From the NCBI GenBank assembly GCA_009103225.1, contig RHPI01002504.1, positions 1 to 64,000 on the forward strand: DNA of 64,000 bases. Direction: 5' to 3'. Origin of the DNA: Chlorokybus atmophyticus (taxonomy: Eukaryota > Plantae > Mesostigma and Chlorokybus algae). The position numbers and the translations under genes were made by a program. Shown here in pieces: positions 1-9,559 of this stretch. How positions within the stretch are numbered: the stretch's first letter is position 1; each line of letters begins with the position of its first letter. The notes below the pieces were generated by a model. That model had not been told where the DNA came from. It worked only from the letters and a program-made list of their open reading frames with translations, and searched no databases.

Positions 1-1
1 C

Positions 2-2246
2 GCTGCTGCTGTTGCCGCCAAGGCTTCAGCCAACCCACCAGCTGATGACCATATGGCAGCCCTCATGGCGCGTATGGCACGCTTGAAGGAAGACAAGGAG
101 CAGGACTACCGCGCCTGCTACGCTGCCCGATGGGCGCTGATGGCTGCAAAACGCGAGAGAGATAGGAAAACTCCGTCCCGCGTTCATCATGACGAGCACG
201 AGGGGAAGCTGCAACAACATCAGCAGGCACCTCCTCCGAAGCCACCAGTGGTGCTGCCTCCGCAGCAACAGCCACACCGGCTACAACGTCGACTCCACCA
301 ACGTCAGCAGCACCCACTGCAATTGCACCACAACCTGGTACACCGATGGACACCGTGACACCGATACTGGTGAGCACAATGGCAACAGTCGCCATCTCTA
401 CCGAATCTGCACCAGCGAGCGGTGCACTTCCCACTGCAGCAGTGCCTCTGTCCGTAGGCGTTGAGACAACTCTCGCACCACTGACCGGTACCTACGCAAC
501 TGCCACAATTGCCATCGTCGAGCCCGCTGTCTTTGCAGCGACGCGCGCAGCCACTCTGCCCGCTCTCGACGCCACTCAGGCTGTCCCAACTGGTCAGCTA
601 GCTGAGCGAGCATGGGAGACCATCCTGCGCGGAGCAGACCCCACTACCATCGCCTTCGGTCGGGGGGGGGCGAGCGCACCACGCGTGTCGCCCGCAATGA
701 TCGCGTCTTCCCGCTACCAGAGGTCCACACCCTTCCAGCACTCCCTCAACACCAATTGGAAGACGAGATCCTTGCTGGCACTGCACCTCCGATGCGTGAC
801 AGGGTGTTCTTGATCAGCTACAGCCCACCTGTAGTGTTGGAGTTGGCCCTGCAGCTGTTCTGGGCGTTGCACAACAATATGCAGACCGCCCCGCACCAGC
901 CTGCACGTATGCCAACCACCACCTTTGAACCCAGCCCGCTGAACACGTATCGGGACCGCCGAGACACCGTCCAGCAGCGCATCGCCGACGCAGCCGACCT
1001 GCCTTTGGGCACTGATGAAGCACTCGGACCTCCTGCAACCGCTCGCCTTCATCAGCGCTACCACGCACTGAAACAAGCATATTATTGGCGACAGGATCAA
1101 GCTGCCGCCATTGCTGCACGTAAACAAGCTCTTGAAGCTACGCGTGCACCAGTACCTCAGTCACCAACTGCTGGTCCATCCTCCAGCACCACTCCGCTCT
1201 TCGTCGAGACCAACTCTGACTAAGCGAGCACGTTTGCTCAACAAATCAGGGGGGTGATCGCCCCGTTGCTGCCTGCGCTGGTGGAGGATCTGCCTAAGGA
1301 CCAAAGGGAGCCAGGGAGGGGCTACCTTACACCACAAGGGTGTACACAAAGAGATGGAGCAGGACTGGTTCGAGAGCAACAACTACGCACTGCTCTGTTG
1401 CGACAAGCAACCATGCTGCATCGGCAAGAAGGCATCGGACTTCGGCAGATGCTTGGGATGCGAGACAATGGCAACGCGGCACGCGCACAGTTAATGACGT
1501 GGCTGGTCACCAACCATCCCGCAATCCCGTTGTTCGCATTCGGCGCCAGAATAGCGTGGGTGGACGCATTCCTTCGCTCCATACGGCAAGCCTATGATGA
1601 AGTGGCTTCCGCCGCTACGGACACTCTGGAGGGAGCTCTGGAGGCTATACTGAGTTTGCCAGGAGTGGAGGCAGGACGTAAGCACAGGCGCATCGCTGCT
1701 GCTTACGAGCAGCACGTCCAACAGCCAGAGACCCGCCTCACTGTACGCACACGAGCAATAACAGTGCTGAAAGTGGGAGTGGTCAACGGCAGATGGGATG
1801 CTTACATGGCAGGGATCCTCAAGGTGCCCACCATTACCCACGACATGAGAGCGCGGCTCCTACGCGCAGTGTACCTGCAGCCCATGCCTCAGAACCATCG
1901 CTATATAGACGTGAACAACAATGCGACGGCTACATGGGAAGGTACACTAGTCAGAGAGGCAGCTCATGCTGTGCGATGGACCTATGCAGAGGAGCAGGCT
2001 GCACGAGAGGCAGTCCCGCAGACACCAGGTCCTCCAGGGTTCCCGCCACAGCCACTGGCCACTCCTCCTGGCATGACAACAGCTGCACAGAGGGTCAACC
2101 CTCCTGCACCTCCACTTGGACAGGTTGCAGCAGCACCTCCAGTGCCTAGACCACCACCACTTCTACCAGTGCAACCAGCCTGGTCAGCCGCGCCGCGCAT
2201 TACCCACACTTGTATCTTATCCAGGCTCCTACGCGTTCCGCAATGA
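2..2246 (+). pseudogene. gag-like ORF of the retrotransposon, broken by about 2 frameshifts and 1 stop
   Basis: ORFs 53-358, 346-813, 612-1223 and 1254-2246 chain together. 612-1223 and 1254-2246 share a frame separated by one TAA, and one shift falls in a G9 run at 662-670. Ala/Thr/Pro-rich linkers; no zinc knuckle seen. Confidence 0.55.
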
Positions 2247-2430
2247 AGGCGACGGCATGGTGTTAGACTCCAACACTGGACAGCTGGAAGAACCCAATGC
2301 CCGTGAGCGCGAGCATGCTATGGGATTCTTTTCAAGCAGCATCACAGGCTCCACGCTGACAACCAGTCAACAGTGTCAGTTGTTAGGGCGCGCCATGGAT
2401 CAAAACAGCATGGTGTGGTACTTGGAAATG
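2146..2430 (+). pseudogene. C-terminal remnant (TRD end, motifs IX and X) of a C5-cytosine DNA methyltransferase fused upstream of RT
   Basis: DHHHFYQCNQPGQPRRALPTLVSYPGSYAFR...EEPNAREREHAMGF...QQCQLLGRAMDQNSMVW; EPxxxERExAMGF matches motif IX and LGRAMD motif X; motifs I, IV, VI and VIII not found. Confidence 0.7.
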
Positions 2431-5400
2431 TGCTTTGATTTCCATGACCGCCATGTGTCCTTCCAGGAGCTCGAACACCTGGCTGGGGGGTGGATTGCTC
2501 GCTTTTCAGAGACCAAAGCAGCACACACCGCCCTCGAGACCGCCCATATGGAGGAGCAGGCAGCAGTCACTGTGGAAGACATTCCAGTGGTCGCCAACGC
2601 TACCTCGTGGTCCCACGCCATTGGACCGCTGGCCATAGGCCAAACTCGAGAGCAACTCGAGGCTCTCCTCAACAAGTGGAGGAGCCAATTCAGCTTCAGT
2701 GTGAAGGAGCTGGGCATCTGCTCAGCATACCAGATGGACATTGAACTAGTGGACACCGAACCGGTGTTCAGAAGACAGTACCGCCTCTCCAAGCTAGAAG
2801 AAGACTTGGTGGAACAGAGGTGCAAGGCGCTGCTAGATGCAGGCCTGATCGAGGAGTCCACATCGGACTTTGCGGCCGCGACCGTCATGCTACTGAAGAA
2901 AGATTCAGCAGGCAACTGGACAGACCGGCGCATGTGTGGCGACTATCGCCCCCTCAACAACAAGACCAAGCAGGACAGGTGTCCAATGCCTACCGCAGAA
3001 GGCATCTTTGACGATGTAGGAGACTGCACGGTCTTTAGTATCCTGGATATGCGCCAAGGGTACAACCAGATCGCCATCAAGGAGGAGGACAAGCACAAGA
3101 CTTCCTTCTGGGGAAACCGGCAGCTGTACCAGTGGAAGGTCATGCCCTTTGGACTGAAGAGAAGAGAGAAGAAGAGAACGCTCCGGCCAAGTTCCAGCGC
3201 GTCATGGACAAAGCCCTCAAGGGGTTGGACTTCGCACGCTGCTACATCGACAACATCCTCATCTTCAGTCACAGCAATGAGGAGCATCTCGAGCACATCG
3301 AAGAGGTGCTACAGAGGCTGAAGGAAGTCGGGATGACGGTGCACCCTGACAAGTGCACCTTCTTCACCCACAAGGTACCCTACCTAGGACACATGATTGT
3401 GCCCCATGGTGTGTACGTACAGCAGGCCAAAGTGGAGGCACTGGTGGCTATCCCTGCCCCCACAGACCTCACGCGGCTGCGGGCCTTCCTCGGCCTTGCC
3501 AACTATTACCGCCGGTTTGTCAAGGACTTTGCCAAGATCGCAAGGCCTCTCAACGAACTACTGAAGAAGGACACCGAGTTCTTGTGGAAGGAGGCACAAC
3601 AGGAGGCCTTTCAGGAACTGAAGCTCCGCCTCACCACAGCTCCCATTCTGCAACGCCCTGACTACACCAGGTCGTTCATCCCGCACACAGACTGGAGCTC
3701 GGCATGGGGGCCGTGCTCGTACAGCACGATAACAACAAGAAGGAGCGCGTAGTGTCGTACGCTAGCCGCAGCAACAACAGTGCTGAGGCCAACTACAGCA
3801 GCTACGAAGGGGAGTGTCTCGCCGCAGTGTGGGCCATCTCCTTCTTCCGACCCTTCCTGTTTGGACGGCAGTTCCAACTGGTCACTGACCATCAACCCCT
3901 CAAGTGGCTAATGAACAACCAGCACTTGACAGGAAAGTTAGCACGATGGGCGCTGCTGCTCCAGGAGTACGACTTCGAGGTGGAACACCGCGCAGGCCTT
4001 GCCAACCAGGATGCGGATGGCCTCAGCCGTAACCCCCACCTCAGCACCAACGACGCCACAGGCGCCCAACATGAGTTGGTTCATACAGCTGCACCTCCAG
4101 GTGTGGCCACCATGTTCTCTGTCGCTGCGCTACGCTCAGGACGCAGGACTCAGATCGCTGAGGCAGCAGCAGACAGGGACATGCCCGCTCTCAAGCCCGC
4201 CATCATCACCACAGCTCCTTTATCAGAAGAAGCGGTCGTTGCCGACCCTGAGGTGGATGATGAGGAGCTGGCACCCACCGACACACGACAAGACATCTGG
4301 CTGGACGAGCCATCCCTCGCACTGCTTCAGACTGGACAACTTCCAGCAGGCATGAGCGCACGCGAGAAGGACCGCGTCCGGCAACGCACTCAGCGTTACC
4401 GCTGGGCCAACGACAGGCTGTATCGACGGATACAAAATGCAGATCTGGAGGTCCCCACACCAGCTGCACGTGAAGGCATCATCTCCTCCCTTCACACCGA
4501 GCTCGGGCACTTCGGCGTTAAGCGCACGGTCAGCCTGGTCAGGACCCAGTACTGGTGGTATGGGGTGCACAGACAGGTGCGGGGGTTTGTCAGCAACTGT
4601 CAGCAGTGTGACATGGTTCGCGCCAGCCTCAACACGCGCAACGCCACCTTGCATCCCCTTCCCATTTCCGGGTTGTTCTACCGCTGGGGACTGGACATCC
4701 TCGGAGACCTAGCGCCCTCAGCGCGAGGCAACCGCTACATCCTCGTCATGATCGAGCACTTCTCCAAGTGGGTGGAGCTGGTGCCCCTGCTCGACAAGAG
4801 CAGTGAGGGAGTAGCCCAGGCTTTCCTCTCCCATGTACTCGGACGCTTCGGTTGCTGCACTGAAGTCATCACCGACCAGGGTACGGAGTTCAGAGGAGCC
4901 TTCGACAAGCTTGTCGACAGATGCTTCATCAACCACCGTCGCACCTCACGCGACCACCCGCAGGCCGACGGCCTCGCCGAGCGTACCGTGCAGACCATCA
5001 AGAAGGCACTGCGCAAGTACGTCCTCGCCTACGAGAAGAATACCTGGGATGATCACCTCCCATGGGTAGCAATGGGCTACCGGCTGTCCAAGCAGGCAGC
5101 CCTGCGAGAGTACAGTCCATACTATCTACTGTTCGGAAGGCAGCCATTGCTCCCTTTCCGCGCGCAGCAGGAGGTTGACAGAGTGGTGGACAATCTCGAC
5201 AACCCCGACGAGATGTTGTATGACCTGACAGTGCGCAGTGCGCTGTTCGAACACACAGTCCCCATGGCCTTCAACAACCTGCGCATCGCGCAGCACCGCG
5301 ACACGCTGCGCTACGAGCGTGTGCGCAGTGGTTTCTACAAGGAGCGGGAGCGCCGCTTCGAGTCGGGAGACTTCGTCTACCGTATGGCGTCTACACGCGA

Positions 5401-5755
5401 CACCCTCGATACCTCCGTCGGGCGTGCTGTCTACAAGGTATTGAAGGTGCACCCCACAGGGGTACTGGACCTGCTGGGACAACGAGGCGAGCGTGTGAAG
5501 GACAACATGGTCAACTGCGCGCCCTGTCATCTCCCCTACATTGCTGGCTTTACCAAGATCCAGCACCCGCGTCCGCTGCACAGCACCCGATGCGAAAAGT
5601 GTGGCAGCGCCGACGACGACCCATTGATGATGTTATGCGACGGCTGTAATCAAGGCATGCACTGCTATTGCCTTGACCCTCCACTGGACGCAGTACCCTT
5701 GTGGGAGTACTGGTGCGATGACTGCCGCATCAACGGTCCCCCACACAGTCGGTAG
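2431..5755 (+). pseudogene. pol: reverse transcriptase, RNase H, integrase (HHCC, DDE) and C-terminal PHD finger; frameshifted
   Basis: RMCGDYRPLN, LDMRQGYNQI, VMPFGLK, YIDN (YxDD mutated), TDW/MGAVL, YEGECLAAVWAI, TDHQPL, H-x4-H...CQQC, LDIL, TDQG, ADGLAERTV, CEKC...CDGC...HCYC...WCDDC. A 17-bp AG insertion at 3160-3176 and a second shift near 3700; no aspartic protease motif seen. Confidence 0.93.
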
Positions 5756-5801
5756 GAACTGAGTTCTGGAGCAGAGGGCTACCCCAGAATCTCAGGGGGG
5801 G

Positions 5802-6635
5802 TGGCTTGTTGACTGTGTGCACTACGACACAGTCTGTACACAAAGGTGGCGAGCGGCATCGGCTCGTCCACTGCACTAAACACCGCGTAGGCTCATCTTC
5901 AAGCCTATGCCCACGATTGGGGGGTTGTCTTTTGCTTGCATGACTCCAATGCAATGCACGGCACTAGCATGCGTGCAGCACTAGCACTCCTCCGCAGCCT
6001 GTCCGAGACAAGGTTGCCCTCGACCATGGCAGGCACGACAGCTGTCATGCCATCTACCCTCGCATGCCAGTCCTTCTCGAGCATGCCTACACCCAGACCC
6101 ACGCCCGGGCTACCAGCATGAAGACCGCGTAAGCCCCAGCCTACTGCTAGCTACTGTACCACTCATGTAGCATGTAGCTAGGGCTACGTTATAGACCTGT
6201 CTGTAGGGACCGCGCGTAGCTGATCAGTTGTAAGTCTGTTAAGAACACATGTGCTATATCGAGTCTTAGGAGATTTCCGAAATAGCATGAGGCCTCGATG
6301 TGACCGTTGGCCTAGTGCCCGCGTGGCACTGCACAGTCATGATTTGACATGTATAAGTAGGAAGTCACGTCACCAGACTGGCTGGTGACACTGTAAGTGA
6401 GTACTGTGAGTACTAGGAGTACTAAGAAGTAAAGACTCTCTTTCTAAAGAGCTTGTGAAGCGACTTGAACTGGAAGCACGCTGTCCCGGTTGCCAAGAAT
6501 TCCCTTACTGCGTGAGACACGGTGCATTCTCTTGTGCGCTGTGCCTGTCATTGCTGTGAGCTTGGCGGTGGTGTGTTGTCTCATCAGCTAGGGTGTTGTA
6601 TCCACGTGTTGCACACTCATTCACCTTACTTAACA
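5802..6635 (+). repeat. 3' LTR (~834 bp)
   Basis: Starts TGGC right after the PPT and ends ...CTTAACA; the 3' end is inferred from the canonical AACA. Confidence 0.75.
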
Positions 6636-6692
6636 GTGTATCATTCTATGCACTCATGCAAAGAACTGTGTCCACAGCACTACCTATCGTAG

Positions 6693-6931
6693 TGGCTTGT
6701 TGACTGTGTGCACTACGACACAGTCTGTACACAAAGGTGGCGAGCGGCATCGGCTCGTCCACTGCACTAAGCACCGCGTAGGCTCATCTTCAAGCCTATG
6801 CCCACGATTGGGGGGTTGTCTTTTGCTTGCATGACTCCAATGCAATGCACGGCACTAGCATGCGTGCAGCACTAGCACTCCTCCGCAGCCTGTCCGAGAC
6901 AAGGTTGCCCTCGACCATGGCAGGCACGACA
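6693..6931 (+). repeat. Truncated second LTR copy (239 bp)
   Basis: Direct repeat of 5802-6040 with one mismatch (A5880 vs G6771). Confidence 0.95.
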
Positions 6932-7021
6932 CCATCAAGCAGCGATGCACCGTCAGTTACCCACACGCATTACGCCGCGCGAAAAAAATGGCAGGCACGT
7001 TCATACCGATCGCATACCGAG

Positions 7022-7407
7022 ATGCCTTCGGCTCTGGTCACCGACGACGACCCCATCAACCGCGCCGTGATATCGCGCGCGCTCAGTACGGCAGGCTACA
7101 CCGTGGTGACCTGCGCTACCGGCGCGGAAGTCCTCGCGCAAGGCCCGCGGCTCCGCTTCGATGTCCTCATCGTCGATGAACGCCTGCCCGACATCAACGG
7201 GTCCGACCTCATCGAAACTCTGCACATTTACGGGATGTGCCCAAGGAGGCGCGAGTCGTGTTTGTATCGACCGCGGACCTCTCCGATCGCTACTCCCGGC
7301 TGCGCGACATGAACGTATGCGCCGTGTTCCGCAAACCGCTTAAAGTCACCGACGTGGTCAGTTGCATCAAGCGCGACCGCGGCGGCGCCTCTTTCGAAAC
7401 CTTCTGA
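7022..7407 (+). pseudogene. Stand-alone CheY-like response-regulator receiver domain, one frameshift at ~7226-7233
   Basis: MPSALVTDDDPINRAVI...FDVLIVDERLPDINGSDLI, then after a frame change DVPKEARVVFVSTAD...AVFRKPLKVTDVVSCIK. Acidic pocket, phospho-Asp, S/T and KP are all present. Confidence 0.85.
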
Positions 7408-7783
7408 TCGCGCTAGATTTTCGCCTCTAGGAGCGTAGGCCAGTCTAGGGGCCGGCAATCAGCGGCGGCCAGAGGATGTTTCGCAATAGGAACCTCAGCG
7501 TGCAGATCCCCGACAATTCAAGTAATCCGCGCATGCTGTGCGTGCTGTGCATGCTGTGTGGGACGATTATGACTATCACCGCTGCTGCCTGGCTCTTGCA
7601 GACGCTAGAAGGGACCGCGTCGTTCCCATATGCCCGAAGCCGAAGCCGCCGCCACCGCCGGCGGCCTTTGCGCCATGTGCGTTATTATGTTGGTTAGGGG
7701 TCGTGAAACCCGCACGCCCTCGTGTCTTAACCCGTTGCGTTCCAGGCAAGCGAGTAGCGGATGGCGAGCTGTGCCCCCAAGAC

Positions 7784-9004
7784 ATGGAAGAGCTGGCGAC
7801 GCTTCTCGAGATGACTCTCGATTCGTCCCTCATGGATTCCATGGAAGGTTCGGTCGCGCCGCAAAACTCGCCCGCAGTCGCCGCCGCCGTCGCTTCCGCC
7901 GACACTTACCAAGTGACGGAGTCCATGGCGTCGGTAAACCTGCGCAACGAATATCCGGAGCGCAAACTAAACCTCCGCGTGCTGTTCGACGCCCTGAACC
8001 GCAGCGACCTCGCGCCGGTGTTGCAACGAGTGTCCCCGAGGCACTTCACTTCCGCCCACCTGCGCAAGGTGGTCGCGCGCGTGCCGGGGATGTTCGGAAC
8101 GCCAAAACAGTTTCGCAAAGGATCTTCGGTGACGGCCACTCTGTTGTTCGCCGCCGGCGAAGGAGTCGATGACCTGCAGATCAACCCCGATTACATTCAG
8201 TGGGGTGACGCCGCGTACGGCCACCTCGACGTCTTTCTCACCCTGTTGACCTCTGACACGGAGAGCTACAACATCGCCGTGCGCGTGCATCGCAACGGCT
8301 GCATGATGCCGCGCATGAAGCCGCCATCGAGCGCTTGCCGCGGAAGAGAACTCGGCGTCATCGGCGCCTACATCGAGCTCGCCGGCATCCTCGCGCGTGC
8401 CGCCATAGCCTGCGGTGCGGCGGACGTCCCGTACGGCGTCAGGGACGTCGATCTTACCTGCCTGAACATCCAATGGGACGCGGGCAGGACGTTCGAGCCC
8501 CGCGCGACCTCGTTGGCGATGGGCGCCACGTACCGCCTCGCAGACAACGACGCGATCAAGCCCCCACTGTACTTCAAGACCGTCGGTCCCGACTCGCCGA
8601 TCAAGCTGGCGACGAAGGCGAAGCGGAACGTCGAATGCCATCCCAAACCCTCTGTTTGCGTGCACGTCGGTGGGGTGGTCCAGGTGTGGGGGTGCAAAGA
8701 CTTCGCGATGGCCGATGCGCACTTTCGGCAGGTCACGGCGCTCCTCGCCGACGTGCCGATGGACCCCACGGCGCAAACCCGCATGAACAAGAGCGGCGCG
8801 ATTCGAAGGCGCGCAAGGAAGCCCGACCAGAGGTCTGTCATGGGCGTTCAGTACCCCAAGTGGAAGGTGCCCGCTCTGCGCCGCTCGATATTTCAGCTCG
8901 CCGGGTACGAGCCTTCCCTCCGCGCCAAGAAGAAGGAGCTTTTCGAGGAACTATTAGCCGCGGTTCGCTACAAGGCTAGTCTAGAGAACGACAGTGAGTC
9001 TTAA
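7784..9004 (+). CDS. Divergent TATA-box-binding-protein-like factor (NCLDV type)
   Basis: Two TBP-like repeats: YQVTESMASVNL...KLNLRVLF / NIAVRVHRNGCMM and VDLTCLNIQWD / PSVCVHVGGVVQVWGCKDF...FRQVTALL; intronless; frame is open from 7538. Confidence 0.6.
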   Translation: MEELATLLEMTLDSSLMDSMEGSVAPQNSPAVAAAVASADTYQVTESMASVNLRNEYPERKLNLRVLFDALNRSDLAPVLQRVSPRHFTSAHLRKVVARVPGMFGTPKQFRKGSSVTATLLFAAGEGVDDLQINPDYIQWGDAAYGHLDVFLTLLTSDTESYNIAVRVHRNGCMMPRMKPPSSACRGRELGVIGAYIELAGILARAAIACGAADVPYGVRDVDLTCLNIQWDAGRTFEPRATSLAMGATYRLADNDAIKPPLYFKTVGPDSPIKLATKAKRNVECHPKPSVCVHVGGVVQVWGCKDFAMADAHFRQVTALLADVPMDPTAQTRMNKSGAIRRRARKPDQRSVMGVQYPKWKVPALRRSIFQLAGYEPSLRAKKKELFEELLAAVRYKASLENDSES

Positions 9005-9559
9005 TTGATCTAATGAGATTGCAATGCATCGCTCTTTAAAATTTATGCACATCGGTAATACATGTCGCGCGCGAACAACGTATCGGCTGCGGGCGGCATC
9101 GCCGCCGCCACAGCGGCCGCCGCGCCCTTCGGCGCGTGGCTGAAACCCGCCGATCTGCGCAGCTTCGCGCAGCGAACGGACTGGGTGGGGCTTCACAAAA
9201 CCACCCTAATCCTACTGCGGAACGTCTAGAGTACTCCAAGGCCGCGCGCCTCCTGCGCACCATGGCGATGCCGCTGTGTGGGTGCTTTGGAGCACCCAGA
9301 ACTATGCCTACGCGCATGGCCACGCCACCGCGAGTAGGATATTAGGACTTGAACAGGGAACAATACACAGGGCCGTGGGACAGTCCGCGGGACAATCCGC
9401 GGGGCCGCGGCCTGCCACTGGGACTCCTACCCTAACCCTATATATATTTGAGTCTGCAGGCGAGCATTGCGGCAGCCATCACCATAGGGTGTGCAATTGT
9501 GGTCTCCACTGTCTTCTATCGTCTGCGTTGCAGTCTTACCAGTGACCGCAGAGTCGACC

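Larger units (their letters stand above)
1..6635 (+). mobile_element. Ty3/Gypsy LTR retrotransposon, 5' end outside the window, coding region disrupted
   Basis: Domain order gag-like, RT, RNase H, integrase (Gypsy order), then polypurine tract AGGGGGGG (5794-5801) directly followed by a TG...CA LTR. Confidence 0.93.

Noticed and set aside
6636-6650. Primer-binding site after the LTR (GTGTATCATT)
   Set aside because: Does not match TGGTATCAGAGC or another clear tRNA 3' end, and this LTR follows a PPT, so it is a 3' LTR
7967-8776. Long antisense and alternative-frame ORFs in the GC-rich block (e.g. 7967-8776, 12080-12520, 14968-15879, 19621-20280)
   Set aside because: Shadow ORFs of better-supported genes on the other strand or frame
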